From an uncultured bacterium (lineage in GTDB: Bacteria; UBA8481), in the NCBI GenBank assembly GCA_964499705.1, contig CAZCME010000025.1, forward strand, positions 1 through 61,961: a stretch of 61,961 bases of DNA, read 5' to 3'. The first letter of the stretch is position 1. Each line of letters opens with the position of its first letter. The notes beneath the pieces are model-generated. The model was given only the letters and a program-made list of their open reading frames with translations. It made no database searches and was not told the origin of the DNA. The translations under genes were made by a program, and so were the position numbers. Positions 20,111 through 29,504 of this stretch are shown here, piece after piece.

Positions 20111-21073
20111 TTATTCCGGCTCCGGCCGGCGCCGAAGAATAAACTCGAGAATACCCCGGCCGATGCGCGGAAGCGCGGCGGGGTGTAATTCTCCCGACGG
20201 GAGATGCCAGAAGATAAGGCGCGCATTATCCATCTCGTATTCGAGCGCGAGGAGCCTGCGGCGCGCGACGAAGAGAGCGCGCGAACCGGAAGGATCGAGC
20301 GGCAGCAGGTTCAAACCCGATTCAGGCGCGGTTTCTGAAAGAAACCATTCGATCTCGCGAGATGGAAATTCCGCGAATTCTCCGGCGATTTCCGTGTCCA
20401 TGTAAGGCTCCTCTAGGAAACCGGAATCTCCGGTCAATGTCACGGGCCATATGGCCGTATCGAATGCATCCTGTTCGAGAACGACGAGCCGTAGCCCCGA
20501 CTTCGCGCGACGGGCCAATGCAAGTTGCGCATCGGTGGACATCCTCGACAAGGCACCCGGCCCCAGAATCAGCGCGTGGAAACTGTCGGCCGCCATCGGA
20601 TCATCCACGCGTGGCATGCTTCCCCAGAAAATTTCGCGGCGGCACAGCCGAAGCGGGTCGTACAGCGCGACACCCAGATTCGAGGCGGTTCTCGCCCAGC
20701 TTCCTGTGTCCGCTGCCGGCAGGTTCAGATACCGGATCACACCGGTTTCGATGTGTGAGTCCGACACGCACTTCCATCCGACGTGAATCAGCGTCGGCCT
20801 TGAAACCGTCGGCGCGGAAAAACAGGCGCGGCCCACTCCCTCCGTATCAGGGGGCTGATCGGACAGTGTGCCTCGCGCGATCAATAACCTCCGCGACACG
20901 GCTTTCCATTCCAGGGCGAATGTATTTTCCGACGGCACCTGAAAATTCAGAATGACCGTTTCGCCGGATTCGACCAGTCGGATCTGTTCCGCGCGGGCCG
21001 TCGCATGGGAGAGCATCCACGCGACGGCCAGGACTCGAGCGGCACGGATGAGAGCACGTCTTATCGGGCACAC
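20111..21073 (-). CDS. Exported hypothetical protein
   Basis: 320-aa ORF with a signal peptide ending ATARA. It is the last gene of the 26916-20111 minus-strand run. Confidence 0.55.
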   Translation of the reverse strand: MCPIRRALIRAARVLAVAWMLSHATARAEQIRLVESGETVILNFQVPSENTFALEWKAVSRRLLIARGTLSDQPPDTEGVGRACFSAPTVSRPTLIHVGWKCVSDSHIETGVIRYLNLPAADTGSWARTASNLGVALYDPLRLCRREIFWGSMPRVDDPMAADSFHALILGPGALSRMSTDAQLALARRAKSGLRLVVLEQDAFDTAIWPVTLTGDSGFLEEPYMDTEIAGEFAEFPSREIEWFLSETAPESGLNLLPLDPSGSRALFVARRRLLALEYEMDNARLIFWHLPSGELHPAALPRIGRGILEFILRRRPEPE

Positions 21074-21077
21074 AGAA

Positions 21078-24000
21078 CTAATCCGGCACGATCATGGAAA
21101 AATTCTCCAGATCTGCGACGTCGGGACTGATGCGCGTGGGGGCGATCATGACGGGATCGGCGTCATGCCAGACGCGCGCGGGATTGAACTTCCAGGCATT
21201 TCCTTTTCTCAGCGAAGGGAAATCCCACGGAATGGTCAGCGCGGCCTCAACGATCCATTCATCTCCATTGCTCCGCGCCGCCCAACGGATCTCCGGTTGC
21301 CAGGGGAGTCCCGCATATTCCCAGGCCGGGCCGCGGCGAATAGTACGGATGATGCCGTGGGGATTGAACCGGATTTCATAATATCCCTGCATCGTCCTCG
21401 CGGGATCGAGTTGGAGGATGACGCCATCCTCGAAGTATATCGGACTTCCTGTTTCGGTCTGATACGCCATGGCGAGCCGCCCCGGATGTTCCCGGCATCT
21501 GAAAGCAAAATAGAGCATGCTGTCATCGTAGGAGAGAAAGAACTCGGTGAATTTCATGGTCGACCCGGGATAGGGCTCGAAGCGGACCCAGGAAATCGGC
21601 AGGCGATGCGCCGCCCATTCCCCATCATCGATGCGCCCGTCGAGCACAGGCGTCTCCGCAATCGCCTGCGCTGAATAGATCGGAAGCTCGCCGGATATTT
21701 TATTTCGCTTAAAGGCCGTTTCGAGCCTGCCGGCGAGCATCATTTCCTCGCCGGCGTCTGTCATCAATTCCAGATACTGCCTGTCGTCCAGAAAGGTTCG
21801 GCATAGCACGGCAAGCCGCGCCGGATCCTCTTTCCAATACGGAGAAGAGGTGATGGTGTGGCCGTTGTCATGCCAGAACGAGCGGAGTTCCGCGGCGGCA
21901 GTCGGCGAGGCTCTTCCGAGAGCCACCCATTGAATCAGAGCTTCGCGCGCAATGAGCGACTCCGGATTCATCGTCAGAACCTGCCTCAAGGCGCTCGCCG
22001 CATCCGAATCACGATCAAGGAAAGCGTATCGTTCGGCTTGCGCCATGAGCTCCCGGCCTTCGTGCAAAAACCTGGTCCATCGGACGAATCGATCCCCCTC
22101 GCCCCGGGCGAAATAAATCGAGCGAACCTGCTCCACGGCATCCTCGGCTTCGCGCGACCTCGGTTCATTCTCCACGATGAATCGCAAGTGCTTGAGCGCC
22201 TCCTCGGAATCGCCGCGCGAGAGGAAATACCCCGCCGCCATCATTCTATAGGTGGAACGATAGGGTTGAATCTGGAGCAGGAGTGCCAGATCTTCTTTGA
22301 TATTCGCGCTGACCCTGGTTGGAGAGGACGTGCCGATCCTGTCCTGCACTCTTGCGGCGAGCGCGAGCGAAGCATAAAAGTCGTGCGCGTTCATGCGATG
22401 CGCGACGGCCTCGTCGAAACGGCCGTCATCATGAAGATACAGCGGATAATAAGGCTTCAAGGAGAGTGCCCGTTCGAGCGCGTCTTCATCCTCTCCCGTC
22501 AACCAGAGCTCCTTCCACGCCTCCGCATAATCAGGTCTCAGCTTCAGCGCTCTCCTGAATCCCTCCGCCGCTTCCGGGCCTCGTCCCAGTCTCCTGTAGC
22601 GGATCCGCGCCAATTGGTACCACGCCTGGAACAGATCGGGTTGTCTCGACAGAGCCTGCTCCACGTGCGCCAGAACTTTTTCTTCGGATAATCCGCCGCG
22701 CGCGGCTATGCCGAGCTTATTCTCCAATTCGGCCGCTTTTCGAGCCGCGAATTGTTCGAGCCTGTCCGACTGGGCGAGATAGAACCATTTGAAGGATTTT
22801 GGCAGGGAGTTGACCTGAGTATACGCGGCATAGGCTTCGGGTAACCGCCCCTTCTCCTCAAGGATGCGCGCGCGCGCCGTCAGGGCGGTCGAAAGCCATC
22901 GGCTTTCGCGAAGCGTTGACGAGTTGAATCGTTCCAGCATGCGGGCAACCTGATCGCCGTTTTGCGCGGGTGAAATTTCATACAGATGGTCGGCCGCCAC
23001 GAGAAGAGATTCGTCCAGTTCCGGGTAATGAGGAAAGTCGCGGCTCAGCGCGTCGAACATTTCTTCCGCGTCCGCGATTCTTCCTGCGTTCACCTGGAGC
23101 AGGAACAGGCGATAGCGCGCCATGCCGAACGAGGAGTCCAGCAGAACGGACGCTTCGAGAGCGTTTTCAGCGTCGTCCATTCTGTCATCATCGAGGTAGT
23201 TCAGAGCGAAGAGATATTGCTCCAGGGCCTCTCTGCTGGCTGTCGCGGAAAGAGGAGGTCCACCGCGGGATGCACCCAGAGTGGTGGCGGCAAGAAGCGC
23301 GCGCAGGCCGGAATCGATCTCGATCTGCGCGTCGGAACGGTGGATCGTGATGGCGAGTTCGGAAGCAACGACTCCCGTCGCGGCCTCGATGAGTCGCAGG
23401 TGGAGGCGCGCGCCGTCCCGTTCATCGCCGAATATCCACCCGCCGAGAAGCCATCCGGCCCGTTCGAGGTCGATGGTCAAGTCCTGATCCAATCTCAATT
23501 CACTCGCCAGAAATCCCAGGGAATTTCTTTCCACTGCAATTTCACGGGATGAAAGTTGCACTTCCGCGAGGTCCTCGCACCATCTTGCCAGGCGCAGCGA
23601 GGCTTCCGATCCGGAGGCGGATTGAAAGGGCAGAAGAACGATGCGGCCCGCCGGTTCCACGGAGACGGTCGTGTCAGGAGATTGAAGGAGCCCCGACAAG
23701 ATCTCGCCGATCTGCGCCGTGTCCTTCAACAACCAGATGCGTCTATGATCCGTCTCAGTGGCGCTTGCGTACAGGAGAAGGGAACCGTCCTTTTGCGCGT
23801 AGCCATGCAGATACAGAGCGGCCCCCGTGATTGTTCCGCCGAACAACTGCTGTTCGAGATCCACGGCGTCGAGTTCCTTGCGTTCATGGAGCGTGATGGA
23901 AGGAAAATCCGCGCGCAGCCGTGCGACGATGTCTCGATGGAATCGTTCCGCGACTTCATCGTGCCGCCCGCCCGCGGATTCGAAGGGGAAGATTGCGATG

Positions 24001-24686
24001 GATGATGCGAAGAACGGAATGAAGGAGTCATGGGACTCATGCACCCCGCGGAACGCGGTGTGATCCCGTCCGTCTCTTTCCTTGAGTAAAACCTCGCCGG
24101 AAAAATCCGTTCCCTCGGAGGCGCATGCGACAACGCGCCTGTGAGCGCGGAGCTTTTTAAGCCAGGGAGCCGGATGGGAGGAAACCTCGCTGCCCAGGTG
24201 CCGGACGATGATGCGGCCTTCCTCAAGGTCGAAATCGATGAGGTCTCCTTTCCGCATCGTCTCCGATGATAAATGCAGGAAATTCTCCTCTTGCTCAGGC
24301 AGAAAATCAGAATGGATATCGATCTGAAGTTGATCGTCAGCCGTGGCACCGTGCAGGACTTGAACGATGCGGTTTGTCGTCAGTGCCAGGGGAAGGAGGC
24401 TTTCGAAGAGAAACGATCCGTGCATGAAGTGAATGCTCAATCGCGTTGGCATGTCGCCTCCATGCACGTATCGAATTACGGAGACGCGCGTTCTTTCATC
24501 GACCCAATATCCATTGGCCGGGATCGCAATCCAATCGGCAAGGGCTTTTCCGGGCCCGGGAAGTGCAAGCCAGCGGGATGGCATGTAAGCGTGGAAGAGC
24601 GTGACAAGGGCGAGCGCGCCACCGAGCAGGACGATGCGTTTGCCGTTGCCAGGGACATGAGGCGGTCCGGGCCGGATTATCTCCAC
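21078..24686 (-). CDS. Large membrane-anchored protein: two CsgG-like domains, TPRs and a C-terminal CBM9/DOMON-like domain
   Basis: N-terminal TM; IAIFPF...LHERKELDAVDLEQ and IVLLPF...VERNSLGFLASE; many TPRs; PVLDGRIDDGEW...YDDSMLYFAF...DGVILQLDP...WIVEAALTIPW (CBM9-like). Confidence 0.75.
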   Translation of the reverse strand: MEIIRPGPPHVPGNGKRIVLLGGALALVTLFHAYMPSRWLALPGPGKALADWIAIPANGYWVDERTRVSVIRYVHGGDMPTRLSIHFMHGSFLFESLLPLALTTNRIVQVLHGATADDQLQIDIHSDFLPEQEENFLHLSSETMRKGDLIDFDLEEGRIIVRHLGSEVSSHPAPWLKKLRAHRRVVACASEGTDFSGEVLLKERDGRDHTAFRGVHESHDSFIPFFASSIAIFPFESAGGRHDEVAERFHRDIVARLRADFPSITLHERKELDAVDLEQQLFGGTITGAALYLHGYAQKDGSLLLYASATETDHRRIWLLKDTAQIGEILSGLLQSPDTTVSVEPAGRIVLLPFQSASGSEASLRLARWCEDLAEVQLSSREIAVERNSLGFLASELRLDQDLTIDLERAGWLLGGWIFGDERDGARLHLRLIEAATGVVASELAITIHRSDAQIEIDSGLRALLAATTLGASRGGPPLSATASREALEQYLFALNYLDDDRMDDAENALEASVLLDSSFGMARYRLFLLQVNAGRIADAEEMFDALSRDFPHYPELDESLLVAADHLYEISPAQNGDQVARMLERFNSSTLRESRWLSTALTARARILEEKGRLPEAYAAYTQVNSLPKSFKWFYLAQSDRLEQFAARKAAELENKLGIAARGGLSEEKVLAHVEQALSRQPDLFQAWYQLARIRYRRLGRGPEAAEGFRRALKLRPDYAEAWKELWLTGEDEDALERALSLKPYYPLYLHDDGRFDEAVAHRMNAHDFYASLALAARVQDRIGTSSPTRVSANIKEDLALLLQIQPYRSTYRMMAAGYFLSRGDSEEALKHLRFIVENEPRSREAEDAVEQVRSIYFARGEGDRFVRWTRFLHEGRELMAQAERYAFLDRDSDAASALRQVLTMNPESLIAREALIQWVALGRASPTAAAELRSFWHDNGHTITSSPYWKEDPARLAVLCRTFLDDRQYLELMTDAGEEMMLAGRLETAFKRNKISGELPIYSAQAIAETPVLDGRIDDGEWAAHRLPISWVRFEPYPGSTMKFTEFFLSYDDSMLYFAFRCREHPGRLAMAYQTETGSPIYFEDGVILQLDPARTMQGYYEIRFNPHGIIRTIRRGPAWEYAGLPWQPEIRWAARSNGDEWIVEAALTIPWDFPSLRKGNAWKFNPARVWHDADPVMIAPTRISPDVADLENFSMIVPD

Positions 24687-26401
24687 CCCTCGAAAGGTCG
24701 ATACAAAGGATTCGAGAGCGCGTTCGATCGGCCGCTCTGACCGGGCCGCTCAGGGGATTCGGCCAAGCCCAGAGCCCGGCAGGCTTCGTTTCCGGCGCGC
24801 CATGCATCGACTTCCTGCTCGATGCATCGGCGTCCGCTGACGTGATACCGACCCGCCTGGGCCGCGTGGACTGCGGAGCGCGCCAGGTTCTGAACCAGCT
24901 TCTGCTTCGGAGCGACGAGCCGTTCGCCGTCGATGACGCACTCCATGAATTCCTTCGGCCGGCGATCCGCATCGGCGATTGCCTCTTCCGATGCGTCGAG
25001 CTCGACGATGAATTCCTCCTCGAGCTCCGATCCATCGGCGGCCTCGGAAAAAAAATTGCGGACATAATTCATGTTCCCGGCAGGTGATCGATGCGAGGAC
25101 GTCGGATGCATCGGCCCCGTCGGCCTGCCGCCCGCGTTCTTGTCGCGCAGGACGACGACGGTCACGTCGCCCGGGAGAAAGGTGGCGGCCAGATGGAGAA
25201 GTTCGCGGCCGCGCGGCGAAGCGGAGAAGGAGGAAGAATCGAGCTCGTCGATGACGCGCTGCAGGAGCATCCGTGCCTTCATTCTCCAGGCGCCACCTCC
25301 CGGCGTCACTTCCAGCGTTGTCGGCGGCTCCTCGCAGCGCATCAATCCCGCGAGTTCCGCCGCGACCATGTTTTCCTGCATTCCCGTCGCCGCGATCCGG
25401 CGCTCCAGCACCGCCTCGGCGGCGTTTCGCAGCGCCCGCGTCTGATCGGCTTTGCGTCTCGCCATTTCACGGGAATCCTGCGCGGCCTTGCGCTCCGCTT
25501 CTCTCAGTGCCGCGTCGCGTTCGCGCAGGATGAGCGTCGCCGATTCTTCTCCCGCGCTCTTCCACCTGCGCAGAAGTTCATCGGAATTGATCCGGCCCGC
25601 GCGGTAATCCGTCCACGCGTTTCGTCCCGCGGAGGAACGAATCCGCAATTCGCGCGTCGTGACATGGCTCGCCTTCACATCCTCGGAGAAGGCTCCGCCT
25701 TCATCAGGTGCCTGCGTGATATCCGCGAGGCGCGCTTCCGCCTGGGCAAGAAACGCCGCCTCCGTGGCCATGGCCGCATCGAGTCCCGCCACGTCGGCGC
25801 GGGCTCGCGCTTCCGCGAGAATCAATCGAGCTCGGTCTCTCCGCGCCGCCGCCACGGTCCGTTCCTTTGCCCAGCAGGCATCCTCCGGCTCGGATGTCGC
25901 CGAGATGCGCACGTCGAGCCCGCCGATCGCCAGCGCCTGATCGAAGGATCGGCCGGGCCGGGAGATGACGGCTTCCTCTTCCATGGGCGAGGACATTTCC
26001 TCGTTTCGCGCTGGGGAGGCGGTCTGGAGCACCAAGTCGGTGAAGGAAAAAATGTCGGACAATATCGGGAGGCCGCGGCCATCCGCGGGCGGGGTGGAGG
26101 AATAGTTCCGGCGCGCCGCCGCGTTTTCGGCCGTTGAATCCGTCGCGGGGAGCCGGACGACGGAGACCGTGATCGAGTCGAGATCGGGCAGCGTCATGGT
26201 CTTCGAGGATCGGCTGGGCATCGTGAATTGCTGCGAGAAATCCGCGTGGCCGGCCGTTACCTTGACGCGCACATATTCATCGCCGCGATGATGAAAGGTG
26301 ATATCGCGAAATCGCTCGGCCGACGCGACTGGCGCGAGGGCGGCGCACAACGCGAGCATCGCAGCGCCGATGATTCCGCCGCCCGGCCGCGTCACACGCA
26401 A
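24677..26401 (-). CDS. Exported coiled-coil protein with a possible degenerate zincin-like C-terminus
   Basis: 574-aa ORF with a signal peptide and long A/R/E helical tracts; overlaps both neighbours. Confidence 0.55.
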   Translation of the reverse strand: MRVTRPGGGIIGAAMLALCAALAPVASAERFRDITFHHRGDEYVRVKVTAGHADFSQQFTMPSRSSKTMTLPDLDSITVSVVRLPATDSTAENAAARRNYSSTPPADGRGLPILSDIFSFTDLVLQTASPARNEEMSSPMEEEAVISRPGRSFDQALAIGGLDVRISATSEPEDACWAKERTVAAARRDRARLILAEARARADVAGLDAAMATEAAFLAQAEARLADITQAPDEGGAFSEDVKASHVTTRELRIRSSAGRNAWTDYRAGRINSDELLRRWKSAGEESATLILRERDAALREAERKAAQDSREMARRKADQTRALRNAAEAVLERRIAATGMQENMVAAELAGLMRCEEPPTTLEVTPGGGAWRMKARMLLQRVIDELDSSSFSASPRGRELLHLAATFLPGDVTVVVLRDKNAGGRPTGPMHPTSSHRSPAGNMNYVRNFFSEAADGSELEEEFIVELDASEEAIADADRRPKEFMECVIDGERLVAPKQKLVQNLARSAVHAAQAGRYHVSGRRCIEQEVDAWRAGNEACRALGLAESPERPGQSGRSNALSNPLYRPFEGWR

Positions 26402-26916
26402 TATTTTTCCCGGATGCAGGAATTGAGCTTCTGGTGCGCCTGGAGAATACCCTTCAGGTCATCCGATCTCCGCTTGTTGTACTGCGCCATCAGGTCTTCG
26501 AAGAGTTTAACATACGAATCCTCCAGCTCGGCCGCCTGCACTTTCAACGTGGAAAATTGTTCCGTGGTGCTCTGGAGCCGGCGGGCGAGCATCTGGCAGA
26601 GCTTGATGCCGATGTTCGGGGATTCGGCGATGAATTTCTCGACCGCGTCTTCCGGAACGACGAAGAGCATGGAGTCTTCCGCGGCGCGGATGGTCGCCGT
26701 GCGCGGCGTCTTGAGAAGAGTCGACATCTCGCCGATGAACGTGCCCTTGTCCGAGATGGAGGCGATCACCTTGCCGTTCCGGCTTACATCGACGGAACCG
26801 GAGATCAGGATGTACAGGTCGGAAGTGGAATCGCCTTCCTTGAAGAGCACCTGGCCCTTTTCGAAATGCCGCTGCATGTTGAGGATTGCGCGCCGGGCCT
26901 GAAGATTCTGCGACAT
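26392..26916 (-). CDS. Cyclic nucleotide-binding domain protein (no HTH, C-terminal coiled coil)
   Basis: LFKEGD...LYILISGSVDV...FIGEMSTLLKTPRTATIRA phosphate-binding cassette. Confidence 0.9.
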   Translation of the reverse strand: MSQNLQARRAILNMQRHFEKGQVLFKEGDSTSDLYILISGSVDVSRNGKVIASISDKGTFIGEMSTLLKTPRTATIRAAEDSMLFVVPEDAVEKFIAESPNIGIKLCQMLARRLQSTTEQFSTLKVQAAELEDSYVKLFEDLMAQYNKRRSDDLKGILQAHQKLNSCIREKYCV

Positions 26917-26922
26917 GGAGAA

Positions 26923-26951
26923 AGATTAGGGTTCGTGGATGTGAAAAGCAA
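26923..26951 (-). promoter_or_regulatory. Sigma70-like promoter (leaderless) of the cNMP-protein operon
   Basis: Minus strand TTGCTT-N17-TAATCT, then 6 nt to the ATG at 26916. Confidence 0.55.
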
Positions 26952-26977
26952 TCTTGAAAATGGAGGAAGGAAACTCT

Positions 26978-28288
26978 TCAGGCTTTCCTTCCCAGGGTCG
27001 CGATCCCCCGCGCGGATGCGGAAGCCATGCGGATGTCGCGACCTGAGAAGAGACGCGCGTCCTCGATCGAGACGTCGTCGAGAAATCGATCGCCGCCGCC
27101 CAGCATGACATCGGGCAGGATCACGCGGGACTTTCCGCTGGCCGCTATGACGGGAGCGATATCGCGCCAGCCCAGGAGACCGGTGACGGTCGTGGCCGGG
27201 CCGTAGGTTTCATTCACGGCGACGCGCAGCTCCACATCGGAACCGGTCCGCTCGTTGAAGTCGGCGATGATCCTGCGGAGCCATCTCTCCGGCGACGCGC
27301 CGGTCACGACAAGGCACGAAGCGGAATCCTTCTTCGTCAGCTTCTTCCTCAGTTTTGACCAGTCGTCCAGCATCTTCCGGACCATGCCCACGCCGTTTTC
27401 CTCCACCGCCATTCCGCCGTAATAATCGGCTTCGGGCGGATCGACCCCCAGGATGCTGAACCATTCGTCCGCGGCCTGGACGAATCCGCGTGGGTAATTC
27501 CGGCCGACATCGGTGATCTCCTTCAACGCATCGCGCGCTTCCTCCGGTGTCCAGCGGCGGACACCCTGCGTGTGGTGCGACGTCAGTCCGACCGGAACGA
27601 TCGCGACGGACTGGAGCTCCGGCTGGAGCGCGAAGAGATCCTCGACGGTTCGCTTCATCACATCGCCGTCGTTCAAACCCCGGATCATGACGATCTGCGA
27701 GTGCAGTTCGATCGACGCGCTTTTCAGGCGCTTGAGGACAGGCATCGCGTCGGCCTTCGGTCTTCCCAGGAGCCGCGCGCGGATCTCGGGATCGGTCGCG
27801 TGGACGCTCACGTAGAGCGGGGAGAGGCGCATGTCGCGGATCCTGGCGAAGTCGGCGTTGGAGAGATTCGTGAGCGTGACGTAGTGGCCGTAGAGGAAGG
27901 AGTAGCGGTAGTCGTCGTCCTTGATCTCCAGGCCTTTCCGGAACTTCTTGTCCTTCGGAGCCTGGTCCACGAAGCAGAAGGGGCAGAAATTCGTGCATTG
28001 CCGGATCGGAGGATCCTCCAGGATCATCCCGTGCGCCTCGCCGTACTCGCGCGTGATCTCAGCGGTGAAGATCGATTCGGTCCCGCTCGCGTCGATCCGC
28101 CGCGCCTTCACCTCGAACACTTCGGTTGCCGCATGGAAGTCGGCGTCGATGCAGTCCTGGACCTCGATGCCGTCAATCGCGAGGATGAAATCTCCCGCGC
28201 GGAGCCCGGCTTCGTCGGCGGCGGATCCCTGCCGGATGCGCTCGATCAGGACGCCGCGGGTAGTCTGGATTTGTGCTGGAGCAGTCAT
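26978..28288 (-). CDS. PDZ-domain radical SAM protein (DUF512 family)
   Basis: N-terminal PDZ (GSAADEAGLRAGD), CTNFCPFC, KDDDYRYSFLYGHYVTLTN, LSPLYVSVH, VPVGLT and ENGVG. Confidence 0.92.
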   Translation of the reverse strand: MTAPAQIQTTRGVLIERIRQGSAADEAGLRAGDFILAIDGIEVQDCIDADFHAATEVFEVKARRIDASGTESIFTAEITREYGEAHGMILEDPPIRQCTNFCPFCFVDQAPKDKKFRKGLEIKDDDYRYSFLYGHYVTLTNLSNADFARIRDMRLSPLYVSVHATDPEIRARLLGRPKADAMPVLKRLKSASIELHSQIVMIRGLNDGDVMKRTVEDLFALQPELQSVAIVPVGLTSHHTQGVRRWTPEEARDALKEITDVGRNYPRGFVQAADEWFSILGVDPPEADYYGGMAVEENGVGMVRKMLDDWSKLRKKLTKKDSASCLVVTGASPERWLRRIIADFNERTGSDVELRVAVNETYGPATTVTGLLGWRDIAPVIAASGKSRVILPDVMLGGGDRFLDDVSIEDARLFSGRDIRMASASARGIATLGRKA

Positions 28289-28357
28289 GCGAAGAGAAGG
28301 ATAGTTTACAGTTTTACGTGGAAGAGATCACGGAAAACAGCAGCGGACTCCCGGATA

Positions 28358-29461
28358 TTACGCGAAGGACTCCGGCGCGGAACTGCGGAGGTGATTGTCG
28401 ATCCGCTGGACGACGTCGTGGAAGTTCGATTCGTTGGCTTCCCGGTAGGGAAAGGACTTGCCTCGACCGCCCGCCGAGGCCGCGCCCCGGTGGCCGCCTC
28501 CGCCCAGCGGGGTCAGCATCCGTCCGGCGTGGAGCTCGGATTCCTCCCGGTCCATCCGGATGGAGATGAAGGGGTGGCGATGCACGATGACCGCCACCCG
28601 CGCGCCCCGCTCCTCCAGGCAGTGGATTCCCGCGACGGTGACGCGGAGCGAATCGTCGGGCGGAAGAAGCGCGTACACGACGGGAATGCTCCGGCCGCTG
28701 CGGAGCCGCCACTCGCGCCAGTCGAATTGGAGCGAAGAGATCGACCTGCGGATCCGCGCTTCCTGCGCGCGGCAGATCGCGTCGAGCTCATCGCACCAGA
28801 AACGGCCATGCGCCAGGTGCTCGGCCATCGCGATCGGATTGAAATCGGCGCCGATGACAGTGGAGATGCGGTTGGCCTCGGGAATCAGCCTGATGCCGAA
28901 GTCCTGGTCTCGCGCGAAGCGGGCGATGCGGAGCATCTCCTCGTCGGGAGTCACGAGAAAGCGATTCTGCAGCAGGGCGAGCGACATTTCCGCGGCGCAG
29001 AATTTATCCTCGATCAGCCGCACGCGGTCGGCCTCGGCATCCATCTCCGACAGGATCGCGCTTTCCATCAGGCCCTCGCGCACAAATCCATGGAAGAGGC
29101 GTGATGTCATCGCGGAGAGGGGATGGTGATCGACGAAATTGACGGAGACATTCTGATCGCGCAGACGCAGGAGCGTGGCAAGCAGGTGCTCCGTCGTCTC
29201 GGGCATGCCAGGCCGCGCCAGGGCTTCCGGAGGAACGTCCGCGACGAAGGCGGAGACATCGCGGTATCGCAGAAGTCGATCAAGCCCGTTCTCGTAGTAA
29301 TCGAGAAAGTCGACTTCGAAGTCTTCGCCGCGGACGAGGCCCTTGTTCAGTGCGCCGCGCCAGAAGAGCGCGACGGATGCGATCGCATCGAGGTCCGTCC
29401 TCGTGTTGCCGCCCCCCGAGCGGCCGTGACTCACATATAAGTACCTGTACATTTTGGGCAA
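28358..29461 (-). CDS. DHH/DHHA1 family phosphoesterase (nanoRNase-like)
   Basis: SH...DLDAIAS, FVADV, VDHHP and C-terminal GGGGHRGAAS. The start is TTG 29461 (7 nt after TAGTAT) or ATG 29452. Confidence 0.75.
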   Translation of the reverse strand: MPKMYRYLYVSHGRSGGGNTRTDLDAIASVALFWRGALNKGLVRGEDFEVDFLDYYENGLDRLLRYRDVSAFVADVPPEALARPGMPETTEHLLATLLRLRDQNVSVNFVDHHPLSAMTSRLFHGFVREGLMESAILSEMDAEADRVRLIEDKFCAAEMSLALLQNRFLVTPDEEMLRIARFARDQDFGIRLIPEANRISTVIGADFNPIAMAEHLAHGRFWCDELDAICRAQEARIRRSISSLQFDWREWRLRSGRSIPVVYALLPPDDSLRVTVAGIHCLEERGARVAVIVHRHPFISIRMDREESELHAGRMLTPLGGGGHRGAASAGGRGKSFPYREANESNFHDVVQRIDNHLRSSAPESFA

Positions 29462-29504
29462 GCGGGAGATACTACAGGATATCGATTCCTGATACAATCG
29501 CCGA

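Noticed and set aside
12023-24686. Curli (csg) or holdfast operon
   Set aside because: Only CsgG-like domains are present; no curlin-repeat subunits or CsgE/CsgF-like genes were recognised.
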